This document shows positions 33,673 to 42,892 of a stretch of 64,000 nt of DNA, in pieces. Location: the IMG/VR virus record IMGVR_UViG_3300011008_000004, positions 32,001 through 96,000 of that record; one strand, written 5' to 3'. Below the pieces are notes generated by a model. The model had not been told where the DNA came from, searched no databases, and saw only the letters and a list, made by a program, of their open reading frames with translations. The DNA comes from a virus. Taxonomy: Duplodnaviria > Caudoviricetes. The position numbers and the translations under genes are program-made. Positions within the stretch are counted from its first letter, which is position 1. The number at the start of each line of letters is the position of its first letter.

Positions 33673-34607
33673 TCAAATTGACTGACTCTTATCTGAATAA
33701 TTTTTATTTAAATAATTATCCACTTGTCTAGAAACTAATGCTCCAGAACTTTCTGCTACTATAACTTGTCGCATTGCTTCTCTCATGCAATCTCCAGCAG
33801 CATATATTCCTGAAAATGTATTTATAGCTCCTATATAACCGTTACTGTCTAAATCTACTACATCTTTAAATGGTTCATTATTAGGAACTAAACCAATTGC
33901 TAAAAATACACCATCTAATTCTAATGTATATGTTACTCCTTCTTTAAAGTAATCTATACCTACTAAATTGTTGTCATCGTCTATGCGATAGCTTTGAACT
34001 TTGGCGCTGGTAATAATCTCTATATTAGCTTTAGCATATATATTTTCTTGTAATTTTTGTTCCCCAGTTAATATCGCTAAATCTTGAACAACATAAACTT
34101 TTTAGCGATATTAGATAGTTCTAACGCTTCTTGTAAAGCAGAATTCCCACCACCAATAACCGCTACAACTTTATCTCTATAAAAAGCTCCATCACACATT
34201 ACGCAGAAAGATATGCCTTTTCCAATTAAGTCTTCTTCATTAGGTAAACCTAATAATCTATGCTTAGTTCCACTAGCAATTATAACTGATTTAGCATAAT
34301 ATTCATCACCAAAAGCAGTTGTTATAATTTTAGTACGACCTTTACGATCTACTTTAACTACTTCATCATATATAACGTTTATATTATTGTATTCTAGTTG
34401 TTCCAATAATTTAAATCCATATTCTTCACCAGATATAGAATTAAAACCAGGAATATTTTCAACTTTAGGTGAATTTAATATTTGCCCACCTACAGCTGTT
34501 TTCTCAAACATTATAACATTTTTATTAGCTCTATTAAGATATATCGCAGCAGAACAGCCGGCTGGTCCTGCGCCTATAATAGCGCAATCAAAAATAATTT
34601 TATCCAT
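33673..34607 (-). CDS. trxB: Thioredoxin reductase, apparent 1-nt frameshift in an A-run near 34100
   Basis: GAGPAG, CVMCDG, GGGNSA; continues in the adjacent frame (VYVVQDL...GVFLAIGLVPN...GIYAAGDC...RQVIVA) to TGA at 33673. Confidence 0.85.
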
Positions 34608-35059
34608 TACTCACCTTTTCTAAATCTATAAGTTATATCTTGTTTATTAGGTTTCATTTTATACATTACTTGATTAGTTGTTATCTTATTTAATGGACCT
34701 TTATCCTCTTGATAACTTCCAACTTTATAATAATCTAAATGTTTAGATAACTCTTCATCGAAAATATCATCGCCACTATACATTGCAACTAATAAATTTT
34801 TAGAATGAATGTAATCTGCTAGTGCAATTATTTCTTGATGTCTATTATCTCCGCCCATAAAACATATACAACTTATATGCTTATTTTTAACTATAAGTTT
34901 ATCTATCTCATTACAAGTTAGTTCAACACCTATATCTTCTCTCAAATGTGGAGAATGACAATTTTTACATAAGTGTGGACATCCTGAGATCTCAAGTGCC
35001 AGACTTATTTCATCTGGCACTTCTTGAAAAACTATAGAATAATCTACGTATTTAATCAT
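34607..35059 (-). CDS. nrdG: Anaerobic RNR activating protein (radical SAM)
   Basis: CPHLCKNCH motif, adjacent to nrdD. Confidence 0.9.
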   Translation of the reverse strand: MIKYVDYSIVFQEVPDEISLALEISGCPHLCKNCHSPHLREDIGVELTCNEIDKLIVKNKHISCICFMGGDNRHQEIIALADYIHSKNLLVAMYSGDDIFDEELSKHLDYYKVGSYQEDKGPLNKITTNQVMYKMKPNKQDITYRFRKGE

Positions 35060-36141
35060 TTTATTGTATCTTCTTTAGCGTAATAACGCTTAATAGCTTC
35101 AGCTTTTCTAACATCACTAAAATTAGATATTCTTTTTAAATAACCAATAATTCTTGTAGCTTTATCAATATTTGTAGATCCACATTTTGGACAATGATCT
35201 AAATTATCTTTGGTTATATGACCACATTCATTACATATTGTATTTGGAATATTAAATGTGCCATAACTACAACCAGCATCAATCCAAATATCCATTAACT
35301 TTCTATATTGTGATTTGCTTAAATGTGAATCTAAGTTACAATGATAGGCACTTCCGCCATCTAAGTTTCCGATAAAATCTTTTCCTTGTAGGTAAGATTT
35401 TTCAATTGGATCATATGTAGGATCTTCAACAGGATAAAAATAAGAATTATATAGATTTCTAGTTTTAGGAACTACATACCCATCACGTTTATCCCAAGCG
35501 TATAGTTTAGCTCCTGCATTCTCTGCAGGCACAAACTCTGTGTTATATTTCAAATGTTCGGAATGATGAATTGTATTCAAGTTCTTAATTGTAGTTAAAA
35601 TATCATAAGCAAATTGCTTATACGCTTTATTATCGGATTTAATCGCAATATCCTTGTATTCATCAGGTACAAATTCATTCATACTTGCTAAAAATTCTGC
35701 GCCCTCAATAAAACCATTTATACCTACTGTTAAAAATTGCTTATCCAAATCGATGAATCCAGCGTTATAAACTGTAAGTAAATTAGCGTTATACATATCC
35801 CATAAGTGATCATTCCAAGCTTCTAAATACTTATGAACTCTATCAACTATATCTGTAATATACTCAGATAAAGTCTTCCTATTTCTTTTGTATTTCTTAT
35901 TTACTTCTTCATTAAACCAATTTTGAACAATTCTATTTATATTCAAAGTAATAACTTTCTTAGATCCAGTTTCTACACCGCCAGCCCCTAATGTATAACT
36001 AAATACATTTTCTTCAATTGCATTTTTCAACCTGCAATTATGAGTTAGTATATCATTAGCATAAAACCAATGATTCTTTTGTAATTCAATATCATATACT
36101 TCTTTAGTTGTAGCTTCTACTGTTACTGATCTTATTTTCAT
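35056..36141 (-). CDS. nrdD: NrdD C-terminal half preceded by 35-aa split-intein C-fragment
   Basis: RBS and ATG at 36141; MKIRSV...YDIE..NHWFYANDILTHN|CRLKN; PAEN, CxxC...CPKC, RIIGYL glycyl-radical motif. Confidence 0.92.
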   Translation of the reverse strand: MKIRSVTVEATTKEVYDIELQKNHWFYANDILTHNCRLKNAIEENVFSYTLGAGGVETGSKKVITLNINRIVQNWFNEEVNKKYKRNRKTLSEYITDIVDRVHKYLEAWNDHLWDMYNANLLTVYNAGFIDLDKQFLTVGINGFIEGAEFLASMNEFVPDEYKDIAIKSDNKAYKQFAYDILTTIKNLNTIHHSEHLKYNTEFVPAENAGAKLYAWDKRDGYVVPKTRNLYNSYFYPVEDPTYDPIEKSYLQGKDFIGNLDGGSAYHCNLDSHLSKSQYRKLMDIWIDAGCSYGTFNIPNTICNECGHITKDNLDHCPKCGSTNIDKATRIIGYLKRISNFSDVRKAEAIKRYYAKEDTIK

Positions 36142-36158
36142 TCTATAACTTCCTCTAT

Positions 36159-37448
36159 TTAACATTCATGTATATGTATTCGCTCATGATGCTCATAATC
36201 AATACAAATTTTTCTTAAAATATTGCTATTATTATAATCTTTCCTTCTACACCAACATATATCTAACTAATCAGTATATAATAGCTAATGCGCAAATTCA
36301 TATAAATCTTTATTGCTAATTTCTTTTATATTTAATATTTTACAAAAAGATTTATAGTCTAATACATGTAAAATTAAACCTAAATTATGCATACTACTAC
36401 ATATTTCTTTGTATTTGTCAGCATCATAGCGCTATAAACTAGACTTTATCTCATAAAACTCATTATTTACTTTAAAATCAGGTAGATAAGAATATTTATT
36501 GCAATTAATTAAATTTATAGTTTCTGCTTCATATAAATAATCAATATTATTTAAATATAATGTGGCAGCTACCTTAAATTCTTCAAAACTTCTACAGTAT
36601 TTATGCAAACCTATATTTGGACATTTAAATTTTATACCATAAGAAGTAAGCTTAAATGTGCCGTCATATGCATATGCAGACTATCTTTCTGCTTGAAATT
36701 TACTTAATCTCTATCGTGCTTCAGGCGTTGAAGCAGGATTATTTTCGTGCCAGATTTGACGCTATAATTCACGAAGTTCTCTGCCTCTATCAGTGTCACT
36801 GTAAAATTTTTTCTTATTTTGTGATAAATTCTATTTATGCTTTTCTGTAAAAATATTCTTAACATTAACATCTAGATTGTAAGTCTTACAGTAATTTTCC
36901 CATGATATATTATGTGATCTTACAACATGATCTTTAATAGCTACACGATATTTACCACATATTTCACATTTAAATGGCTTATCAATATCATTTTCATCTT
37001 TATGTAATATAACATTGTGTTTCTATTTCAAATGTTTACAATATTCATTTTTATACTTAAACTCTTTTCCGCATATCTCACATCTGTAATAACCTATCTT
37101 TTTCTTAAGTTTAACAGATATAGGATATTCAGGATATTCTAATTTGTAATCGTTTATATCAACATAGCCATGTTGTTCACGTAAATGTCTAAGTAAAGAT
37201 ATCGCTTTTTTACCGCATATAGGACATATTACATATTCAGCATTGCGAGCTTGCTCATACTTATCTAATACATCTATGCATTCTTCATAGATATCTAAGT
37301 GATATTTATGAAGATGATGTTTTAAAGATTGCTGTGTAAAACTCTCTTTATAATGTTTACCGCATATAGGACATAGCTAATTGCCTACCTAATTCTTGCC
37401 TTCAAACTTTTTATAAATTAGATTGTATTTCTACTGAGTTGTTAACAT
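36159..37448 (-). CDS. C2H2 zinc-finger + PD-(D/E)xK endonuclease (putative homing endonuclease), 429 aa in code 15 (absent from ORF track)
   Basis: Open frame with 11 TAG; four CxxC...H...H fingers; RSFEE...YE...YLPDF...YEIK; GAGGT RBS. Confidence 0.85.
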
Positions 37449-37599
37449 TTATACTATCTACCTCATTTAAATATTTGGTGATAATATAACGAATTTCAGC
37501 CGTTTCATTTCTAAAATCTTTTTCAGCTTCTATTTGTAATCTTTTATAAATAGACTCCGGGAGAGCGATTGTTTTTATAATTGTTTTTTCTTTTTCCAT
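37411..37599 (-). CDS. Ribbon-helix-helix (Arc/CopG-like) DNA-binding protein
   Basis: TIALPESIYKRLQIEAEKDFRNETAEIRYII. Confidence 0.7.
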   Translation of the reverse strand: MEKEKTIIKTIALPESIYKRLQIEAEKDFRNETAEIRYIITKYLNEVDSINVNNSVEIQSNL

Positions 37600-37614
37600 A
37601 CTATCACCATTATC

Positions 37615-37623
37615 TAATTTAGC
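37615..37623 (-). promoter_or_regulatory. GCTAAATTA candidate promoter inside the nrdD interruption
   Basis: Shared 9-mer, 15 nt upstream of the RHH start. Confidence 0.6.
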
Positions 37624-37641
37624 TAGTAAATTTAATTATTT

Positions 37642-38934
37642 TTAATCTTTTTTAATCAATTCATATCTTTCAAAGTTGTTAACTAAATCTTTTGCTTTAA
37701 TTTCTACTTTGTCACCAGATACATTATCAACTACAAGAAGCACATGTTCAGGAGTAACTTCTAAAACACTACCATCTTCTGATTCTATCTTAATTAAATT
37801 AGGATACTCATTGTCTTTTATAAGTACACCAGTGATATCAGAATATTCTATCATATCTTTTTCAATATTATATGACATTGTTTCATAATCACTATAATCT
37901 TTACTGTGATTTATACAGAAAGTGCTAATTGGCATAGTAATAATTTTTAAAGATGTCTTATGTCTGATCGTTATCAACTCATTTCCCTTAAAACAACAGC
38001 TAGCTAATGCATCAGCTGAATCTGAATTATATAAAAAGAATGAATGACCTTTGGACCACATTTCAGCAGTGAAATCAGCCATTTCTTCATCTACATATTT
38101 ATGTGTATCTTTGTCCCATAGCAAATTCATTGTCTCAACAGGAAATGTGATAACATCATGGGTTCTTTCATTATTAAACCAATTCATAAACATTTTCTGT
38201 AATTCTTTTGTAGATTCCCAATTAGGTTCATCACCATCTGGGAATATAAAATCTTTAAATATTGAATTAAAATATCCCTTATCAAAATAAGCAATATTAG
38301 TAAATGGTGATTGATAACCTCTAGCGCCTGCAGGTTGATTTATACAGTAAACAAATTGTTGAAATAAATCTTCAATTTTATTTCTTAAAGTAGCTCTTCT
38401 ATTGCCAAAAGCTTCTACAGTTTCATCTAAATTTGTTATATAATCTTCACCGTAATCTACTCTTAAAAAGTGATCTAAATAAGGTAAAAATTCTGGAACA
38501 GCGACAGCCCCTGCAAATTGACCTGCTATTAAAAATACTAAATTTGTTAAACCACCTATAAATGAATCTGAATGTTTAGGCGGGCCACTTGTTCCGCCTA
38601 ACTTCTTTAAGCCATCTAATAAAAATGGATATAATGAAATAGCTACACAATATGGCATAATTGAACTCTCATCATGTGAATATATGATGTGATTTTTTAA
38701 ATCTAAATCAAACTGATCACACAACTCTTGGCCATATTTAATCAATAAATATTTCTTTGTTATAGCACGATTTACGTCTATAAAATCAGGCTTAGATAAT
38801 TCTGAAGACATTGTTGCTACATTCTTAGTAGTTACATTAGCATTAGCATCTACTTCAGAACCGGATGCAGCGTTACACGCTTGTTTATAATTCTCAATAA
38901 ATTTAAGTTTCTTATTTAAAGTCCTTTCATCCAT
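37642..38934 (-). CDS. nrdD: NrdD N-terminal half (313 aa) fused to a 117-aa split-intein N-fragment
   Basis: IYSHDES..PYC, QFAGAVA, QSPFTN, TFPV, DALASC|CFKG...EVTPEH...; ends at TAA. Confidence 0.92.
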   Translation of the reverse strand: MDERTLNKKLKFIENYKQACNAASGSEVDANANVTTKNVATMSSELSKPDFIDVNRAITKKYLLIKYGQELCDQFDLDLKNHIIYSHDESSIMPYCVAISLYPFLLDGLKKLGGTSGPPKHSDSFIGGLTNLVFLIAGQFAGAVAVPEFLPYLDHFLRVDYGEDYITNLDETVEAFGNRRATLRNKIEDLFQQFVYCINQPAGARGYQSPFTNIAYFDKGYFNSIFKDFIFPDGDEPNWESTKELQKMFMNWFNNERTHDVITFPVETMNLLWDKDTHKYVDEEMADFTAEMWSKGHSFFLYNSDSADALASCCFKGNELITIRHKTSLKIITMPISTFCINHSKDYSDYETMSYNIEKDMIEYSDITGVLIKDNEYPNLIKIESEDGSVLEVTPEHVLLVVDNVSGDKVEIKAKDLVNNFERYELIKKD

Positions 38935-38936
38935 AA

Positions 38937-39179
38937 TTATTTCGCCTCGTGTATATAATTCATTATCGCTTTGCCATATATAATTTCTTGTCTAGTTACA
39001 AGTTCACCATTTTCATCTGTTTCTGTAATTTCGACTCGTAAAGCTGGCGTCTGCCTTACACCTTCAGCTTTCATAATATTAATATCTTGACAATCTTCAT
39101 AAGATATATTATTTTTATCCAACAACATATGAATTACACGACATTGTGGACAACCTGGTTGACTATATAATTTAATCAT
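38937..39179 (-). CDS. Glutaredoxin/NrdH-like protein
   Basis: CPQC and TP motifs. Confidence 0.85.
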   Translation of the reverse strand: MIKLYSQPGCPQCRVIHMLLDKNNISYEDCQDINIMKAEGVRQTPALRVEITETDENGELVTRQEIIYGKAIMNYIHEAK

Positions 39180-39299
39180 AAAACCTCTCTTTTATAGATA
39201 AAACCGTCTATTGTTATAGATGGTTGTTACTATACAACTTCTAGCAATCTTAAATTTCTTGTGTTTAATTTAGCTCGTTTAAGACGATATAGACTATCC

Positions 39300-39420
39300 G
39301 TGAACTACCGATAGCTGAAGCAATCGGCTTCCTGCTCAATGCAACCACTGTTGCAAGTATCAACAGGCTAACCCCGTAGTCCCTACGGTTTTTATAATTT
39401 TTATACTTTATTGATTATAC
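39300..39420 (-). ncRNA. TnpB omegaRNA scaffold
   Basis: Structured right end downstream of tnpB with stems TGCAAC/GTTGCA and CCGAT/ATCGG; 5' boundary unknown. Confidence 0.65.
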
Positions 39421-40526
39421 AGAAGTCTAAGTCCTTCATTCAGAATATTTATTGCCGCATTCTGATCTCTATTATGATGTGTTCCGCAATCTGGACAAGT
39501 CCATTCTCTTATAGAAAGAGAATTTACAATATCTTTGTGATAACAACCACATTCAGAACAAACAATGGTTGTAGGAGTAAATCTTCCTATTTTAACTAAT
39601 TGTTTTCCTTGAGATTCTAATTTCTGTTGAAGTCTTGTTCTAAAATAACCAAAAGCATTATCCATAGTTGATTTTCCTAGTCTTAGTGCTTGAGATTGAG
39701 CTTTCATATCAATATCTTCAATACAAATTATATCATATTTCTCTGCAAGTTTCTTAGATTCTTTTTCAATGAAATCTTTTCTTTGATTAGTTATTTGTTC
39801 ATGAATTTTTGCAACTTTAATCTTTTGTTTTTCATAGTTATTTGAGTACAATTTCATATGAGATAACTTACGTTGTTCTTTAGCTAATTTTGGTTGAGAT
39901 TTCTTGAATAATTTTACAAACCCCTCAGGTTTATTGTTTTGGCTATCAACATAAAACTCTGGAGCGCTGTAATCTAATCCAACTGCTTTATTTTTGTCTA
40001 ATTTTATTTCAGGTATTTCATACTCATATTCAGCAAGAATACTTATGAAATATTTACCTGAGTTTGTTTGAGAAATGGTTGCTGATTTTATAATGTAATC
40101 TTGCGGAATGAATCTATGTTCAACAAATTTAATAGGTCCAAGTTTGGGAAGCTGGATTCTATTATTAGAGATAATTCTTATTGAATTGTTTACACAATTA
40201 GTAGTATAAGATTTTTTATCAAATTTTTTCGATTTGAATTTAGGAAATCCATTTTTAATATTTCTAAAGAAATTATTATAAGCTGTTTGTAAATGCATTT
40301 GCTCATTAGCTAAAGCTAAAGAATCAACTTCTTTTAACCAATCGAATTCTTCTTTGTATTGAGCAGGTGTGTTTTTGAGATTAACCTTATCTTTCTTATA
40401 AGCCTCAATTTTATCAGCTAACATCTTATTGTAGATAAATCTACAGCAGCCAAATGTTTTTTGTAGTAATATTTCTTGCTCTTTATTTGGATACAGGCGA
40501 TATTTGAAACATTTATTCATGAACAA
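39408..40526 (-). CDS. tnpB: RNA-guided endonuclease TnpB
   Basis: KYRLYPN HTH; RuvC D/E/D intact (GLDY, IEDI, RDQNAA); CSECG...CPDCG Zn finger. Confidence 0.95.
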   Translation of the reverse strand: MFMNKCFKYRLYPNKEQEILLQKTFGCCRFIYNKMLADKIEAYKKDKVNLKNTPAQYKEEFDWLKEVDSLALANEQMHLQTAYNNFFRNIKNGFPKFKSKKFDKKSYTTNCVNNSIRIISNNRIQLPKLGPIKFVEHRFIPQDYIIKSATISQTNSGKYFISILAEYEYEIPEIKLDKNKAVGLDYSAPEFYVDSQNNKPEGFVKLFKKSQPKLAKEQRKLSHMKLYSNNYEKQKIKVAKIHEQITNQRKDFIEKESKKLAEKYDIICIEDIDMKAQSQALRLGKSTMDNAFGYFRTRLQQKLESQGKQLVKIGRFTPTTIVCSECGCYHKDIVNSLSIREWTCPDCGTHHNRDQNAAINILNEGLRLLYNQ

Positions 40527-40783
40527 CTTCCTTACTAAAATAAAAATAGCTTATTTGATTGGCGGATCAAATAAGCTATAATTACTCTATATCAAACTAT
40601 TGCTAGTTTAATAACATTATAATATACAATATTGATTCCGCCAAATCAACAATAATCATTTCTGATTACAGATAATTTAGCTAATAAAATACATAGAAAA
40701 ATACCGAAATTCAAAGAATATTTCAAATCATCTAAAGCAATTCATCCGATGACTGAAGTCAAAGGATTTCCTGCTGAGTTAGG

Positions 40784-42073
40784 TTAAATTTCATACATTT
40801 TTACTGGACAATCTTTTAAAATATCTACAATATCGTCATACAATAAAATTGGTTGTTCTATCAATTTATCTTTAATAATTTCTAACAACTTTCTATTATT
40901 TTTTAATATTTTAGTAGCTTTATTGTAGAATCTATGAATCTGTCTAACAACTTCATCATCTATTCGTTTGCCACGACCAAAATCATTTCTTCCAGTAGCT
41001 CTCATATATTTAAAGCCATTAACACCTAAAGCACCAATAGCTAAATCCATATTATTTTTTAAATCTTTCAGATCTGAGAATGTACCTAAATCTATATCTT
41101 TAAATATAAGTTCAGTAGCAGCTTTACCACCTAAATCTATAATACAATTAGTAGCATAATCTTTATAGCTATAATTACATATTAAATTTTCTTCTCTCCA
41201 GCCATCACCTTTTAATGTAAAACCTCCAATATTACCACTAACTACATTAGATATCATATCTACTTCGCCACCTAAAGCTAATGCAACTATTGCATGACCA
41301 GCTTCATGATAGGCTGTTCTAAGCTTAGATTCTGAAGTAGCTTCACCATATGTCTCTCTAGTTCCTAAGACACCATGTAATAAAGCCTCTTTAATATCTT
41401 CTTTAGTAATGTATTGTCTTTTAGCGAAGCCTGCACTTAAACTTGCTTCAGATATAACATTCTTTAATTCAGCGCAACTTCTATTGCGCATAATTCTAGC
41501 AATTAAATCTGCTGGAACATCTAACTTATATGATGTGTTACTTAAATAATAATTTATAATAGCTAAAGCATCTGCATTATTAGGCATATCGAAATGCATA
41601 TGTCTACCTAATCTACCTGCTCTTTTTAAACTATAAGGTAATACGTCTATGTCATTAGCTGTAGCAACTACAAACACATCTTGATCCTGTAAATTATCCA
41701 AAATACTCTGAATAACGATAAATTCTTCATCATTATAGCGATCTTCATCACTTTCAGCGAATTTATCTAAATCATCTAATAATACAATTGAGGGCTGATT
41801 CTTTATAGCTTCTTCAAATGTAGCAGTTATATACTCTATAAACTTCTCATCTGGTTTATCTTTTCTAATAATATAACTATTACGTTTAGATTCATATAAA
41901 AGTGATTCAGCGGCTAGTGTTTTGCCCAAACCAGGTTTGCCATAGATTAAAATAGCTTTTGGTAAATCTACACAGTATTTCTTATATTTTGAAGTATGTT
42001 TCAACATATCAGCTATGCACCTTAAGTCTTTCTTAAAACTTTCATAGCCAATAATTCTATCAAATTTATCCAT
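40784..42073 (-). CDS. Soluble FtsH-like AAA+/M41 protease
   Basis: GKPGLGKT, RAGRL, AYHEAGH, LGGKAATE; no N-terminal membrane segments. Confidence 0.85.
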   Translation of the reverse strand: MDKFDRIIGYESFKKDLRCIADMLKHTSKYKKYCVDLPKAILIYGKPGLGKTLAAESLLYESKRNSYIIRKDKPDEKFIEYITATFEEAIKNQPSIVLLDDLDKFAESDEDRYNDEEFIVIQSILDNLQDQDVFVVATANDIDVLPYSLKRAGRLGRHMHFDMPNNADALAIINYYLSNTSYKLDVPADLIARIMRNRSCAELKNVISEASLSAGFAKRQYITKEDIKEALLHGVLGTRETYGEATSESKLRTAYHEAGHAIVALALGGEVDMISNVVSGNIGGFTLKGDGWREENLICNYSYKDYATNCIIDLGGKAATELIFKDIDLGTFSDLKDLKNNMDLAIGALGVNGFKYMRATGRNDFGRGKRIDDEVVRQIHRFYNKATKILKNNRKLLEIIKDKLIEQPILLYDDIVDILKDCPVKMYEI

Positions 42074-42336
42074 TACTCACCTTTAATTTCTTCATTTTCA
42101 TACTTGCTAATAAGTCTTTCTAAATACCACTTAGCTTTCTTTAAATCTTGTAATGGTTTACCTTTAAATGGATGTCTCCACATATATTTAACTACTTGCC
42201 AACTTAAACTAGCATCTATAGCATCTTTATATCCTGATATCATAGAATCCAAAGCATCTATGCATTCTATTTTACCTGAAGTATAGTGGCTTGGACTATT
42301 TACCATTTTTTCATCACAATTTTCTAAATTACTCAT
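42073..42336 (-). CDS. DUF3310 (SaV-like) protein
   Basis: VNSPSHY...IECID...KY.WR...DLKKAKWYL. Confidence 0.9.
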   Translation of the reverse strand: MSNLENCDEKMVNSPSHYTSGKIECIDALDSMISGYKDAIDASLSWQVVKYMWRHPFKGKPLQDLKKAKWYLERLISKYENEEIKGE

Positions 42337-42881
42337 TGCACTACCCCTAATTGTTTCTCTATTTCCATCACTTTTTCATAAATATAATCATAACCATCTA
42401 TAAAGCCATTTATTGTTTCATAATCTATTTTATAGTTATTTAACATCGCTTCTGTAGATGCTTCAATAATATTTGCTTCAAATTCTGTTTGATTACGACC
42501 ATTTGGGTTATATTCTTTAACTCTTTTTAAGAAAAAGTTTAAATTATTATAAGTATTAAATAAATCTACAGTTGCTTTCCTAAAATTTTCAGTATAATCA
42601 GCTGTAGGAACGTATAAAGTACTTAGCGGTAATGGACTATCAGTTATAATTACATCAACTTTACCATAACATCTGCTCAATCTAAAACTTTGCTTGCCTA
42701 AAATATAAAATTGATTCTTAAAAACTTCTTTATTCTCTTCCCAAACTTTGTCTTTAGCAAACTCAGTAACTAGTTCAGCATCTACTCCGGCCATCTTTAA
42801 TTTTGAAAATATATAAGCAGCTCCAGTACTTTTACCAGTACCTGGTCCACCAAACAAATTAACTACTAATGTGTTTTTCAA
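42333..42881 (-). CDS. P-loop kinase/ATPase (NadR/AAA_28-like)
   Basis: GGPGTGKST, ITDSPL, GRNQ. Confidence 0.75.
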   Translation of the reverse strand: MKNTLVVNLFGGPGTGKSTGAAYIFSKLKMAGVDAELVTEFAKDKVWEENKEVFKNQFYILGKQSFRLSRCYGKVDVIITDSPLPLSTLYVPTADYTENFRKATVDLFNTYNNLNFFLKRVKEYNPNGRNQTEFEANIIEASTEAMLNNYKIDYETINGFIDGYDYIYEKVMEIEKQLGVVQ

Positions 42882-42892
42882 ATGTAATCTCC

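Larger units (their letters stand above)
39300..40775 (-). mobile_element. IS200/IS605-family element with tnpB only (no tnpA)
   Basis: tnpB with subterminal hairpins at both ends (39307-39328 and 40744-40767); right end ...GTAGTTCAC. Left boundary approximate. Confidence 0.8.

Noticed and set aside
36142-37641. Group I intron or cis-intein interrupting nrdD
   Set aside because: IntN ends in TAA, IntC has its own RBS and ATG, the gap is filled by two genes, and no intron core was recognised; RT-PCR would be the definitive test
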